In this document: one piece after another, positions 51,781 through 64,000 of the stretch
Numbering within the stretch: the first letter of the stretch is position 1
Layout of the letters: each line of letters starts with the position of its first letter
DNA from: Squalus acanthias
Lineage: Eukaryota
Direction: 5' to 3'
Assembly: GCA_030390025.1 (NCBI GenBank)
Contig: CM059433.1
Span: 21,578,001-21,642,000 of the forward strand
Length of the DNA: 64,000 nucleotides
Notes under the pieces: generated by a model
Seen by the model: the letters and a program-made list of their open reading frames with translations, nothing else
Databases searched by the model: none
What the model was told of the DNA's origin: nothing
Program-made: the position numbers and the translations under genes

Positions 51781-53241
51781 TTGAATTTTTTTCAGCAACC
51801 TCTAGGAAAGTCCTTGCTTTTTACAGCAATATTAGCACTTCAAGCCAAATGTAGAGCAAATGACTTGATGTTCACATTTACCACTGTTGTCTTTCGTTGA
51901 CCCATTTACTAAAACAGGTTTTGTTGCTTGCAAACAAAGAAATAAATGAAACTGGGCCAACTTTTGTGGCCCCAAAGATTAATTTCAGTTCTCACTTGAT
52001 GACATTGTTCAGTTATGCCTCACTTGGCTATGTGTTAAATCTATTCATTTTTTGATGACCCTTTTTCCCTAGTTGATTACTGAGAACTGAGAGGGGGTGG
52101 GGAGGGAAACAGATGGCTAGGAGCCCAGTTCTGTCAGTATGCCAGTTTCAGCATATGTGTAGCACCTACTATCTCACCCAAAGATGACTTTGGTTTTGAA
52201 GCCATGGTGACCCTACTCATAATTACAGTTATGGGCAGTAAAGATCAGTTCAAATGAGTTGATCTACTGAATTAGAGTCAGGTGGAATTTAAATATGAAG
52301 ATGATTGCTATTTGTTGACACAATCTTCCAGAGGTTATGGATTACTGAGGGGAATAAATCTGAGAAAGATGAGGTAACAATTCATTTAACTTTTATTATT
52401 CAATTCTGCTGTGCTATCGATGTAACAATTCATCTTCAAGTTGTGGAATATTACCTGTGGAATTATGGGTACCTGGCTATAATTATAAGATATTAACCCA
52501 ATAAAGAGGTTCAGCACAAGGGCATCTTTTGAATCTCCAGATTAGATTGCAGCATTTAGATCATTTTATAGCGTCTGGCATTCTATATGATAGTCAAACC
52601 TATTTATTATTGTCTCCTCAGTGGACTAAGCAGATTGACTATAATTCACAGGTGGCCTTGATATACAGTCAGACTTTGACTGCCAGTCACATATGTAACA
52701 TGACTGATGGTTATTTCAAATTTTTATTAAAAATCATGTTTAATTGAAAGAATCCTGTTAATGTTATTTTGACACTGCTCTAATCTTTAAATTTTATAGC
52801 ACCATCATAAATCTTAGGGAATGGTTTAGCTGGATATTTACTAACTCTTGTAAACTGCTTCAATCTTTTTCTGTCTTTATAAGTATTCATCCTGTCAGTA
52901 CCTGACTGTATCAATTTGCTTCTATAAAATCCTAATCTTAATTCTTGTCAATAAATTAGAACTTGTCATTTTAGCCTGAACAATATGGCCTGACAATATG
53001 GCCTGACTGCATGGTGGGCAACTCATGCAGCCTACTGTGAGAGATAGCTGAGTAATAGGCTAATTGTTAATCTTGCGATCCACTGCCTACATTCACAGCG
53101 CGTTTAGAGGTGAATGTTTTTAATCATATTGCAGATCTGCTAATGGAAACTGAATGAAGAGAGTTGTTACTCTACAATATTTGACTGTTCTAGACATGTG
53201 GCTACTTTATTTGGTGTCTGTAAGTACAGGTTGGACTCTAA

Positions 53242-53395
53242 GGGGGTGAATTTCTACAGGGTTCTCTCAATCATTCAGCGCAAACTGAGGAAAAGCAACA
53301 TTAATAGCGTTCACGCTGTTTTTCTGGGGTAGATGTGGCTCTTCTGCTAAAGTTACAGTGGAGGAGCAGGTAGAGCCTTGTAGAAATTCACCCTC
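53242..53395. mobile_element. Short Harbinger-type MITE, family D
   Basis: TIRs gggggtgaatttctaca / tgtagaaattcaccctc, flanks taa/tat; related to ~29351-29504. Confidence 0.75.
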
Positions 53396-53570
53396 TATAT
53401 ACAGGAAACTCTCGTTTAAACGGCACCTAAATATCCAGAATTCTCTATTAACCAGCAAAATTCATACTCCGAAAACACCTCAATAACCGGAAATGTTGCC
53501 GAGTCCGAGTCTCCCGCGGTGGCCGAGTTAGTCAGTGGGGGTAGTTCTACAAACTGTCACTACTCGGCTT

Positions 53571-54805
53571 AAGAACATAAGAACATAAGAAATAGGAGCA
53601 GGAGTAGGCCAATCGGCCCTTCGAGCCTGCTCCGCCATTCAATAAGATCATGGCTGATCTGATCCTCACCTCAAATCTAAAGAACACAAGAAGTAGGAGC
53701 AGGACCCGGCCACTCAGCCCCTGGGCCCGCAACGCCACCTACAGGGCCTCGACCGATCCGAACTCAGCCTCATGTCCAATTTCCTGCCCGCTCCCCGTAA
53801 CCCCTAATTCCCTTTACTTCTAGGAAACTGTCTATTTCTGTTTTAAATTTATTTAATGATGTAGCTTCCACAGCTTCCTGGGGCAGCAAATTCCACAGAC
53901 CTACTACCCTCTGAGTGAAGAAGTTTCTCCTCATCTCAGTTTTGAAAGAGCAGCCCTTTATTCTAAGATTATGCCCCCTAGTTCTAGTTTCACCCATCCT
54001 TGGGAACATCCTTACCGCATCCACCCGATCAAGCCCTTTCACAATCTTATATGTTTCAATAAGATCGCCTCTCACTCTTCTGAACTCCAATGAGTAGAGT
54101 CCCAATCTACTCAACCTCTCCTCATATGTCAACCCCCTCATCCCGGGGACCAACCGAGTGAACCTTCTTTGCACTGCCTCGAGAGCAAGTATGTCTTTTC
54201 TTAAGTATGGACACCAAAACTGTATGCAGTATTCCAGATGTGGTCTCACTAATACCTTATATAACTGCAGCAATACCTCCCTGTTTTTATAATCTATCCC
54301 CCTAGCAATAAAAGCCAACATTCCATTGGCCTTCTTGATCACCTGCTGCACCTGCATACTAACTTTTTGATTTTCTTGCACTAGGACCCCCAGATCCCTT
54401 TGTACTGCAGTACTTTCCAGTTTCTCGCCATTAAGATAATAACTTGCTCTCTGATTTTTCCTGCCAAAGTGTATAACCTCACATTTTCCAATATTGTATT
54501 GCATCTGCCAAATCTCCGCCCACTCACCCAGCTTGTCTATATCCCCTTGTAGGTTTTTTATGTCCTCCTCACTTTCTACTTACCCTCCCATCTTTGTATC
54601 ATCTGCAAACTTTGATATGTTACACTCTGTCCCCTCCTCCAAATCATTAATATAGATTGTAAAGAGTTGGGGACCCAGCACCGACCCCTGCGGAACACCA
54701 CTGGCTACTGGTTGCCAGTCCGAGAATGAACCATTTATCCCAACTCTCTGCTTCCTGTTAGATAACCAATCCTCCACCCATGCCAGAATATTCCCCCCAA
54801 TCCAG
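53571..54805 (-). mobile_element. Young CR1 3' portion (RT) with doubled 3' tail
   Basis: Minus ORFs [27 protein letters not shown] and a 244-aa uninterrupted C-terminus; (aagaacat)n tail. Confidence 0.92.
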
Positions 54806-54839
54806 TCCGAACACCTCAATAACAGGAGTCTGATTCTTT

Positions 54840-55125
54840 GGGCTGGATTTTGTCTTGGGGTCGGGTTGGGGTCGTGTAATCCGCATTTCGTGTTCCCCCC
54901 CACTCCAGATTAATGTGGATGAATGATGCAATTTTCACTTAATTGGGCAATTGAGTTCCAGCATGTGGGAACCCATGAACCAATTAGTGGTTTCAGTCTG
55001 AAAGTCGCCTCTGATGATGTCATCATTGCTGACTGCCTAGTCTCAGAGACTGTTGGTGAGAGAGGACCTGCCTGGCTTGCTTTTGATGTGAGTGGACCTG
55101 GATGCAAAATATGGGGGGGGGGGAG

Positions 55126-55160
<35 letters not shown>

Positions 55161-55611
55161 TTTTGCATCCAAGTCCTCTCACAGCAAAGGCCAGGCAGTC
55201 TCTGAACACATTCAATGCAGCAGCGGCGACTTTCAGATCTAATACTACTACTACCTTCATCAAATCTCCGTTGTAATAGTGGACTTGCAGCTGATAGTCA
55301 GCTGTCCACTTGTGCTCCCGCCAGGTTTCACTGGAGTGTTTCACACCAGGCGTACTTCACATCAGAAAAGGGTTAAACTAGCTGAAACGTTTCAAAATGG
55401 CATTACAGAGCCAATTTAGAGCTTGTTAAGGACTTTAATGGCCTCTCCCGCCTCTTGGAGGCGGGACGGAGTTGGGAACCCGGCGACTGATTTTGTCAAA
55501 ATTGCGTGGAGGCGGGATGGAGTCGGGATGGGGTCGGAAACCCCGACCCCGCAAATATAACCCCCCGCACGCCTCCAAACCCGACTCCATGGGTCATTCA
55601 AAATCCAGCCC
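54840..55611. mobile_element. Harbinger MITE nested in the Tigger-like element
   Basis: Perfect 13-bp TIR gggctggattttg / caaaatccagccc with TTT duplication; internal (GA)n at ~55128-55157. Confidence 0.85.
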
Positions 55612-56776
55612 TTTGTTTGTTAAACATAGCCTCGCTAGATAACCCTCTCCGTTATCCGGAATTTTTAATTAACCGGCACCATCCTGGTCCCGTAGGTGCC
55701 GGATACCAAAGAGTTTCCTGCACCTTGTATGGATTTTTACAGTTTTCTGGGCCATTCCAATGTTCCTTCTTATTCGCAGCAGTGTTGCAGTCACAGTGTT
55801 ACTGCAGGGTGATTGACATTCACTGGATGGTTTCGTCTTACCTTGTGGTGTCATTGCTGTTTACAGGGTAAAAACGTTTTCGTCAAATTCCATGCACTGC
55901 ATGTGCTTACAGAGTAGCAGATAGCCAGGAATAATTACAAACTAGTAATCTTGTTGAGGGTCTCAGATTATATCTTAAATTATAAGGATGAAAGTCAAGT
56001 TTTTTTATGACTGTCACTTGGCCTCCAAAATTACTAAAGGTGAGGTGGGCTGTACTAGCTGGGAGAATCATACAGTATTTTGAACAGCAAAGCCAGATTG
56101 TGCACGGTAAGATGCGATTTATAAAAAAGCAGCTGATCTGTCTTGAATCACTTCCATTCAATTCATGTAAATGTATTTATTTCAATTTCCGAGCTTTTCT
56201 TTCTCAGGTTCTCTTGCCAGCTGCTCCTCACTGTCATGCATCATCTCTCGGCTGGGAAGGGTATGCTTCCCACGGCTGCTGCTGAATTCTCTATCGCTGA
56301 AATCAGTGTTGCCCCATGATTGACTGCCAGTAGCTTTAGCAAGGCTGGACTAGTCTCCCAGCTGGCTTCCCCCATCTGCAAAGTGGACAGATTTGTGAGC
56401 ACTGTTACATTTAGAGCAATGTGGAGGCAGCAAGGCTGATTTATCCAGCAGGGCTGAATTACCAACAGGCTCCAAACGATCTGGTTGGACAAAATGGAGC
56501 TCTGCACACTGTGCGTTTGCAAGCAGGCACAGAGCTCCATTCACAGGCACTCAAATGATGGCTATATTTTTAACGTTAGGCAATGGGGCGGTTGACATAT
56601 TGTAAACCATAGAAAGCTAAAAGTAAAGTGTAAATCAGAAGTCCAATGGAACTTTTTACAATTCTCTTCACAGCTGGTTACAGTTGTACTGTAGTCAGTG
56701 CAAAGCTGGCTCACTATTTGTAGCATCTGCTATTAAGTTCCATTATTAACATTATTTCAGAGCTTCAAAACATGTA

Positions 56777-57338
56777 GGCCTGGAGTTTCCGCTAGGTTGA
56801 GCTGCTTTTTTCGGTGCAATTCTCCCAAAATCGGTGTAACCAGCGCAAAAGATCACTGGTTTATAAAACATCGCGCTAGAAGCCAGCCCCGCTCACAAAA
56901 CCGGCTACGCCCCCAGGTTGAATTAATCACCATTGTGAATTTCCACTAATTGCGCTCATTTGCAGGCCTTCGAAGAGGTTCTTAAAATTAAGCTTTTAAG
57001 GACACTAATCGGCACGTTTTGAAAGCTTTTGAATATAATTTTTTTTTTAAATTTACTTTGAAACTGACTACCGTACACCAATATATAACTAGTAAATGGT
57101 TCCATTTAGCTTTTTAAAATAATTTTCAGTTTTTTACAATCAAGTTACTCATAGGTGGTGGACGAGACACTCTGATTAAAATGCTTACTTTTTGTGATAA
57201 ACCCATTTTCAGCTCTATTAACCAAACTGTACAAAGTTACCACTCTTAACTACATCAAGGAATATTTTTTAAAGCAAAACATTTTGGATGCAATTTGCAC
57301 CCGGGTTCCGATTGCGCCCAAAGCGGAAACTCGACCCC
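56777..57338. mobile_element. Harbinger-type MITE
   Basis: ggcctggagtttccgct ... agcggaaactcgacccc, flanks gta/gtg; GC-rich ends, AT-rich core. Confidence 0.6.
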
Positions 57339-57744
57339 GTGGTGTTACTCTCAGCCATTCCAGCTAGACCATCATACAAGCAGCTGCAGGTCAAAGGGAA
57401 CAGTTAGGGAATTTCCTGTACTTGAGTTGGATACAAAGTTACACCAATATTGATGCATCTTCTCAAAAGAAAAGGAACATTTCAATAACGATAAAATCTG
57501 TCCAACAGTTGCAGTATTAACATTTCCCATAAAGTCACTGATAAATAAAATCATTGATGCATGGTTTTCGTACGACTAAACTGATCCTTGTTGTTTGGGT
57601 GGCAGGCTCGTTATTTGTAAAGTTAGTTTCAGTTGTTGTGCTGGCTCACTATTTTGTTGCTGGCTCAGTTTTTTGTTGCTTACCGACCTCTGTCTTTTCT
57701 TCTGTTATGCTCTGTTGCTGGCTAGCCCTACTTGTGTCACCATC

Positions 57745-57926
57745 GGGACAATTTTAACTTTCGGTGGTGGTGGAAAATCGGAAGTAACGGATTGGTGGCC
57801 CGTTATACACCTGCCCGATTTTCCTCTCCATTGACCTCAACGGAAAGGGAAAGCGGGCGGGCATATCGTGGGCACCCGATCCGCTACCGCCCATTTTCCA
57901 CCATCACCGAAAGTAAAAATCAGCCC
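57745..57926. mobile_element. Short palindromic MITE
   Basis: actttcggtggtggtggaaaat / attttccaccatcaccgaaagt arms around a cattgacctcaacg centre. Confidence 0.7.
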
Positions 57927-58110
57927 TATTATGGAGCGTTCATGGACTCTCGTCTCTTCACTTATATATTGGGAATTACATCGGTGGTTCTCCCATTCCT
58001 TTTACGTGGTTTCTACTAATCTTCTGGTGAAGTTATCGCAGCTGAACTCGAGAACGCTCAAGGAAATTTCTGACAATAATGATTGTTTTCTGCCGGTGTC
58101 TTCAATTCCT

Positions 58111-58466
58111 CTAGGCTGACACTCCAGTACAGTACTGAGGGAGTACTGCACTGTCAGAGGTGCCGTCTTTCAGATGAGACGTTAAACCGAGGCCCCGTCT
58201 GCTCTCTCAGGTGGACGTAAAAGATCCCACGGCACTATTTCGAAGAAAAGCAAGGGGAGTTATCCCCGGTGTTCTGGCCAATATTTATCTCTCAATCAAC
58301 ATCACTAAAAAACAGATTATCTGGTCATTATCACACTGCTGTTTATAGGAGCTTGCTGTGTGCAAATTGGCTGCTGCGTTTTAAAAAGTACTTGATTGGC
58401 TGTAAAGCACTTTGGGACGTCCGGTGGTCGTGAAAGGCGCTATATAAATGCAAGTCTTTCTTTTTC
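58111..58466 (+). mobile_element. DeuSINE (SacSINE1-like), best-preserved copy, head truncated
   Basis: ggtgccgtctttcagatgagacgttaaaccgaggccccgtctg..aaaagatcccacggcactatttcgaag (Deu domain); tail aaggcgctatataaatgcaagtctttc. Confidence 0.85.
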
Positions 58467-58469
58467 TAA

Positions 58470-61000
58470 TCAGTCTGTCAGTGTAATCGACAGAACATAT
58501 GAGATAGTTTCTTCCATCTATTTCAAATAGATCACACCCTCCTAGGTCTTTTCTAATATGTGATGGTTAATAAGTATTTCCTTATGCTGTTTGGCTTCAA
58601 ACTGTTGGCATATATCACACCCAGGTATGTACGTCAATATGTCCTTGTTCATCAGAGGTTGGTAAATTACTTCTCTAGTTCTCCATATACAATCCTGGAT
58701 TCCAACTTAGCTTGATAGTTCATTTCTTCTCTCATACAGTGTGGTCTAATTATTCATTCTTTCTTGAATGTCAGACCATCCCGTATGCCGACTGTCTCTC
58801 TCATGTTGAAATAAACAGAAGTTTGGGGTGGCAGCTCTCTTGTATCAGGTCATTCTTCATTTATTGTCATTCTCAATCATTTCCGATCTTCATCTATTCT
58901 AGTAGCTTGCTGAGTGTTGGTCATTCCATTCTCAGATAGGGGTAAATATTGCAGCAAATTGATAGTTTTTATAACTTTTACTGCTTCGGGATGTGCATCA
59001 ATTAACATGACGTCCCTGTCACCTTTACTAGTTGTATAATGTAGAAACTTTCTGGTTAGTGTATCAGCAATAAACACCCCGTTACCTCTTTTGCAGCCAA
59101 TACGAAATTCAGATATTTGAAAATGTGGCACCATTCTTTGGAGCCTTTTCGGTGCATTAATTAAACTCTTTTTCAAAATGGCTTCCTTTGCATGTTTTTG
59201 TCTCAAGTCTTAGGGGGAGAAATTCGGTATTGCCCCGTTTGGGGCGCAATTATCGGCCGGGCCCAAAGTTTAGCGCCTGGCACTAATTATCGCCTCCGAC
59301 TGCAAACTTGGCTTCTATCGCCCCTGGAGGTGATTGGAGCGCTAAATCAGGTGCTACACACCTCTCTTAAGCGCTAACGCCGAGGAGCGAGGCGCTACCC
59401 CAGAGCGCTGGCGAAGCTCATGTGATGTCAGTCAGCAATGGAACACAGACACAATGGTGCCGGCCAGTTCTTAAAGGGGAGGGTCAATCTTGCTCTCCAT
59501 CCACACCCTGTTCATTGCAGCCTTGAATCGCAGCCTGGAGAGACCTGTACATCAAATCTGCTGGAAAGAACAATGGAGAGGCCCAGGGAAAGAGCTCAGA
59601 GTGCAGCCCCCCTACTCTCTTCTAAATCGATTCAAGGAAGGTCAAATCAAAATGAACCTGCAAAGTGCTGCTCAGTACCCAACACTCCTTCACACAGTGT
59701 TGAATCTCTCCAGAAGTCTCTCTCTCCCTCTCATAATGCGTGGTGCAAAAATGTCGCCAACAAAAAAAGGCAGGAAGCGGTCACCTTTAAATAGCGCTCC
59801 CCCAGTCCCTTCCCTACTGCAAAACGTTCCCCTCAACCTCTCGTTGCTAGCGGCAGGCGGAACGGCAGGGGGCGCCACTCAATATCCAGTCCGGGGTGCT
59901 ACCGGGACATTGCACGCTCGACTGATGTCACGATCTGTGGGCACAGGAGATCGTGACGGTAGTATTTAGCGCCGCCGCAAAATGTCTGGTCAATTTCGCG
60001 AGCGGCGCAAACATCGCCGCGCCCGGGCGCTAGTTGCATTGCGCCCCATTAGCGCCCTCTTGGGGCACTAACTGGAGGCGCAAAGCAACCAAATTTTTCC
60101 CCCTTACTGTTTACATACCAAAATCAATGACTATGAGATTTTTTAAATCTGAGCATCAGTTCTTGCTTTTTTTCTGTTAGAAATCTTGAGGCATAAGGCA
60201 CAGTCCTTCCATGAGACATGCTCCCAGTCTTTTTTGGGTGTGTATTACAATGTAGAAATACATACTTATTGATGTTGAGGTATTTTAATACTGATGATTA
60301 AGAAATGATCTTTCTGACCTTACTCAGATGTTTATCATGGTGACAGGCCCATACAAAGTAAACTTATTTCTTTAGAAGATCACAAAGAGACGATGTTACC
60401 TTTGCTGCCTGAAAAGGAAATATAGTCATTCTCAGAATTCTCTGGATATCTTGTTTGTTGACAGGAGAAGGCGTCTTAAGAACTGCTTCCCTTTCGAAAG
60501 ACCTATTTTTAGTCCATCTTCAGAGAGTTTTTGATCCAAACTTTCCACTTCTCATTCTTTGAGCTTCATTTTGTCCTTGTTCATTTTGAAAGCTTTTTGT
60601 TGGTTTTGCTTTAACAGAGTTTCCAATTTCCGCTAAAGGCTCTGTTCCTCTGTACTTTTGACTAAAATGTCATCTACCACAACAGTGACTCCTGAAAGAC
60701 ATGCTCAATTATCTGTATCTTCCAAATAGTTTCAGCAGACTAATTTCTTCATCAAACAAAATATGTCACAACTATTTGTGCATCTGAAACTGTGATGGTT
60801 TTAGTTTCACTGGTTCAGGCAGAACATCATCTATGGTTCAAAGTAGGCATCGATTACAATTGAGGGCTTTGTTAAGTTGCTTTGGATCAATGCATCGGTA
60901 TACTTTATCAATCTCCTTCATTACCACCACCATTAGAGAGACACTGGTGTAAGAACTTTCCATCAACAAGCTCATTAAACTGTCTCTACCCAAGTCATTT
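58470..61000 (-). pseudogene. Ty3/Gypsy LTR-retrotransposon pol relic (RT, RNase H, integrase), interrupted by a family A MITE
   Basis: Minus strand IDPKQLNKAL..TIDDVLP..FGRYR (60900-60700), VVVDDILV (60683-60660), ILKKSLINAPKRLQRM..GNGVFIADTLTR (59180-59050), REVIYQPLMNKDI..CDICQ..DLFEIDGRNYLICSVDY (58680-58480). Domain order is RT-RH-IN. Confidence 0.8.
59213..60103. mobile_element. Harbinger element, family A, twin of 1340-2244
   Basis: tta|gggggagaaattcggt ... accaaatttttccccc|tta. Confidence 0.88.
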
Positions 61001-61384
61001 TACAGCTAAAGGTTGGCAACTATGTAGGTGGGACTTTGGGATCGATTTGAAGGGAGTTGAAGGTACCTTCTAACTTACTTTCTCTTTTGAAGAAAGACAG
61101 TAAATGTTGAATGACTCTATGTAGAGATTCACGTATCTCTGGTAAACAGGATCAAGTGCAAACCAATATAGTGGGTATATTATGTTTAATTGGAGTTTAG
61201 GATGGAATGTAACACACTAGTAACACAGCAAAAACATACGACCGTGACAAGCAGCTGGTACTAGACTCGATCGGACAGATGGCTGGCGTGCGTGAACAGT
61301 TCTCTGACTTGCGGCCTCTCTTCCTTTCGTCTAGAACTGGTGAGCATGGGATCGCTCTCGAAAGAGTGTTCGACCAGCCCAACC

Positions 61385-64000
61385 TGGTTAAAAAACAGGA
61401 CCTCAAAGGTAGTAATCTCCAGTGCCACGTGCTAGTGAGTTCAGAAATAGGAAGATAGAACAAATGAATGCGTGGCTGGAGAGATGGTGTAGGAGGGAGG
61501 GCTTTAGATTCCTGAGGAATTGGAACCGTTTCTGGGGGAGGTGGGCCCTCTACAAGCCAGACAGATTGCACCTCAACGGGAACGGGACCAATATCCTCGC
61601 GGGAGGGTTTGCTAGCGCTGTTGGGGAGGGTTTAAACTAGCTTGGCAGGGGGATGGGAACCTAAGTTTAGAGTCAATAGGGAGGGAAGAAAAACTGGAAT
61701 TGGAAAACAAAAATGTAGAAAGTAAATTGGAAGGACAGAGGAATCAAGAGCTAGATAGTAGTCAACAAGGAGGTTTGCCTGTACTAAATGGTATATACTT
61801 CAATGCAAGGAGTATAGCGAACAAGGCAGATGAGCTGAGGGCACAGGTAGATACTTGAGACAATGGCCCAAAAATTAGTGAGGGCGCCTTCGTGCGAGGG
61901 TAAGGCGATCTCTCACTGCGCGCTGGCTTTTTCATTCCCAGCTCGCACGAACTTGATGTTCTGGACAGCAGCTGTGCAGGGCTTCCGTATCCCACAGGTG
62001 CAGTTAATTCGTGCGAGCTGTGGGATCACGTGACTCAGTTAGAGCCAATGGCAGCACACCATCTTTCATTCATAGCTTTCACAAAAGTGCTGTGAAAGCT
62101 ATGAATCTATACCCCCCCAAAAGAACAGCTAAACCTCAATTATTTTTTTTAAAAACCCATCACATTAATAAAATAAGTATAGTTAAATAAATTAACCATT
62201 TTAAACAAAAAATTAAATTTTTGAAAAAATTTAAAATCTTTTAAAAAGTTATAAAAATAAACTTACCTTTCTTTAAAGTCTCTAAAAAAGATATACCTGT
62301 TGAAAAAAATTCAAAATAATACTTAATTAACTACTTACCTTGTTAAAAGAGGGTCTTACGCCTCCTTTCTTTATGTGCAAAATCTTCCATACTTACCTGC
62401 GCGTTCAAAGCACTAAGTACACTGCGTGCGCGCAGCCTGTAGTGCGCACGCGGTTCACCTAGGAACCGCCCCCTTTTGAAATCACCAAGTGCCGGTTTTC
62501 AGCGCATGCGCAGTGCATGCAGAAAACCGGCAATTGGAGACAGAATACGCGAGAGTACACAGTGCGTACTCTCGCGTAGCAACACTAATTTTTGGGCCTA
62601 TGATATTATAGCTATTACAGAGACGTGGCTGAAAGAGGGGCAGGTATGACAGCTCAACATTCCTGGTTACAGGATGTTCAGACGGGATAGAAAGGGAGGT
62701 AAAAAGGGAGTTGGGGGGGGCGGTCGTGGTATTGATTAAAGAAACAATTACAGCTGTGAGGAGGGATGATATGTTGGAGGGATCATCAAACGAGGCCATA
62801 TGGGTCGAATTGAAAAACAAAAAAGCGGCGATCACACTGCTGGGAGTGTACTACAGACACCCAAACAGTCAGAGAGAGATAGAAGAACAAATATGTAGAC
62901 AAATTTCAGAGAAGTGCAAAAACTATAGGGCAGTAATAGTAGGGGATTTCAACTACCCCAATATTAACTAGGATAAAATTAGTGTGAAGGGTATAGAAGG
63001 TGCGGAATTCCTAAAATGCATCCAGGAGAACTTTTTTAGCCAGTATGTAGCAAGCCCAACAAGGGAGGGGGCGGTTCTGGACTTAGTTTTAGGGAATGAA
63101 GCTGGGCAGGTAGAAGGCGTATCAGTGGGGGAGCATTTTGGTGCTAGTGACCATAATTCTGTTAGATTTAAGGTAGTTATGGAAAAGGACAAGGATAGAC
63201 CAGGAATAAAAATTCTAAATTGGGGAAAAGCAAATTTTGCTAAGCTCAGAGGGGATTTAGCCATAGTGGACTGGAAACAGCTACTTGACGGTAAATCAGT
63301 GTCAGAGCAGTGGGAGGCATTCAAGGAGGAGATCCGGAGGGTTCAGACCAAACATGTGCCCTTAAAGAGATAAGGTGGGACTAGCAAATCTAGAGCCCCC
63401 TAGATGTCTAGAGACATACAGGGTAGGATAAAGAGAAAAAGGGAGGCATATGACAGATACCGAGGGCTAAATACTCCAGAATCTTTAGAGGAGTACAGAA
63501 AGTGCAGGGGTGCAATTAAATATGATATTAGGAAAGCAAAGAGAGAGCATGAAAAGTTCTTGGCAAGTAAAATCAAGGAAAACCCAAAGATGTTTTATAA
63601 ATATATTAAGAGTAAGAGGATAACTGAAGAAAGGGTAGGGCCTATTAGAGATCATGAGGGTAATCTGTGTGTGGAGGCGGGAGATGTCGGTAGGGTTCTT
63701 AATGAATACTTTGTGTCTCTTTTCACAAAGGAGAGGGGCGAAGCAGACATTGCTATCAGGGAGGAGGAGTGTGAAATATTAGATGAAATAAACATAGTGA
63801 GAGAGGAAGTATTAAGGGGTTTAGCAGCTTTAAAAGTGGATAAATCCCCAGGCCTGGATGAAATGTATCCCAGGCTGTTAAGCAAAGCAAAAGAGGCCCT
63901 GACCATCATTTTTCAATCCTCTCTGGCTTCAGGTGAGGTGCCGGAGGACTGGAGGACTGCTAATGTGGTACCCTTGTTTAAAAAGGGAGAAAAGGATAGA
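61385..64000 (+). mobile_element. CR1 LINE with ORF1 SGNH-esterase remnant and ORF2 endonuclease region, runs off the window
   Basis: PRASEFRNRKIEQMNAWLERWCRREGFRF..LYKPDRLHLNGNGTNILA (ORF1 esterase); YFNARSIANKADEL..DIIAITETWL, IVGDFNYPNI, ASDHN (APE). Confidence 0.92.
61865..62598 (-). mobile_element. Harbinger-type MITE, family E, nested in CR1 ORF2
   Basis: Perfect 16-bp TIR ggcccaaaaattagtg / cactaatttttgggcc, flanks aat/tat; the CR1 frame resumes across it. Confidence 0.88.

Larger units (their letters stand above)
53402..55720. mobile_element. pogo/Tigger-like MITE expanded by nested CR1 and Harbinger insertions
   Basis: 53402-53475 matches 12319-12392 and 55615-55720 matches 12568-12673; TA on the left, ca on the right. 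Confidence 0.85.

Noticed and set aside
57590..57730. CRISPR-like or satellite array (tgttgctggctca repeats)
   Set aside because: Only three or four short degenerate units with no regular spacers, in a eukaryotic intron.
50932..64000. Next CSMD1 Sushi exon
   Set aside because: I found no C..PG..GY..W..P.P.C exon with splice sites after 50931; it presumably lies beyond the window.

Overview
Vertebrate genomic DNA, very probably a cartilaginous fish (shark), judging from its Deu-domain SINEs, CR1/L2 LINEs and Penelope-like repeats. The window is an internal part of a + strand CSMD1 (CUB and Sushi multiple domains 1) gene. Seven GT-AG exons (2834-3021, 24421-24609, 31951-32067, 32609-32824, 33472-33660, 38481-38650, 50775-50931; 1226 nt, phase-consistent) encode the C-terminal half of one CUB, then Sushi-CUB-Sushi-CUB. 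The rest is intron packed with mobile DNA: many CR1 and L2 LINE fragments, DeuSINEs, a Ty3/Gypsy pol relic, two pogo/Tigger-like MITEs and Penelope-like repeats. There is also a rich PIF/Harbinger set: a decayed element with transposase and Myb relics, Myb-carrying deletion derivatives, and at least five MITE families with 3-bp target duplications, often nested. The most notable items are a 78-bp near-perfect hairpin carrying a minimal hammerhead-ribozyme motif within a 13-bp duplication, a MITE with an array of splice donors just upstream of an exon, a Harbinger MITE with foreign AT-rich cargo, a SINE insertion with a locally templated 5' patch, and an unpaired extra cysteine in a CSMD1 Sushi domain. 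I see no prokaryotic features and no CRISPR array. I cannot claim a wholly new system; everything below was read by eye, and repeat boundaries are approximate unless TIR/TSD coordinates are given.
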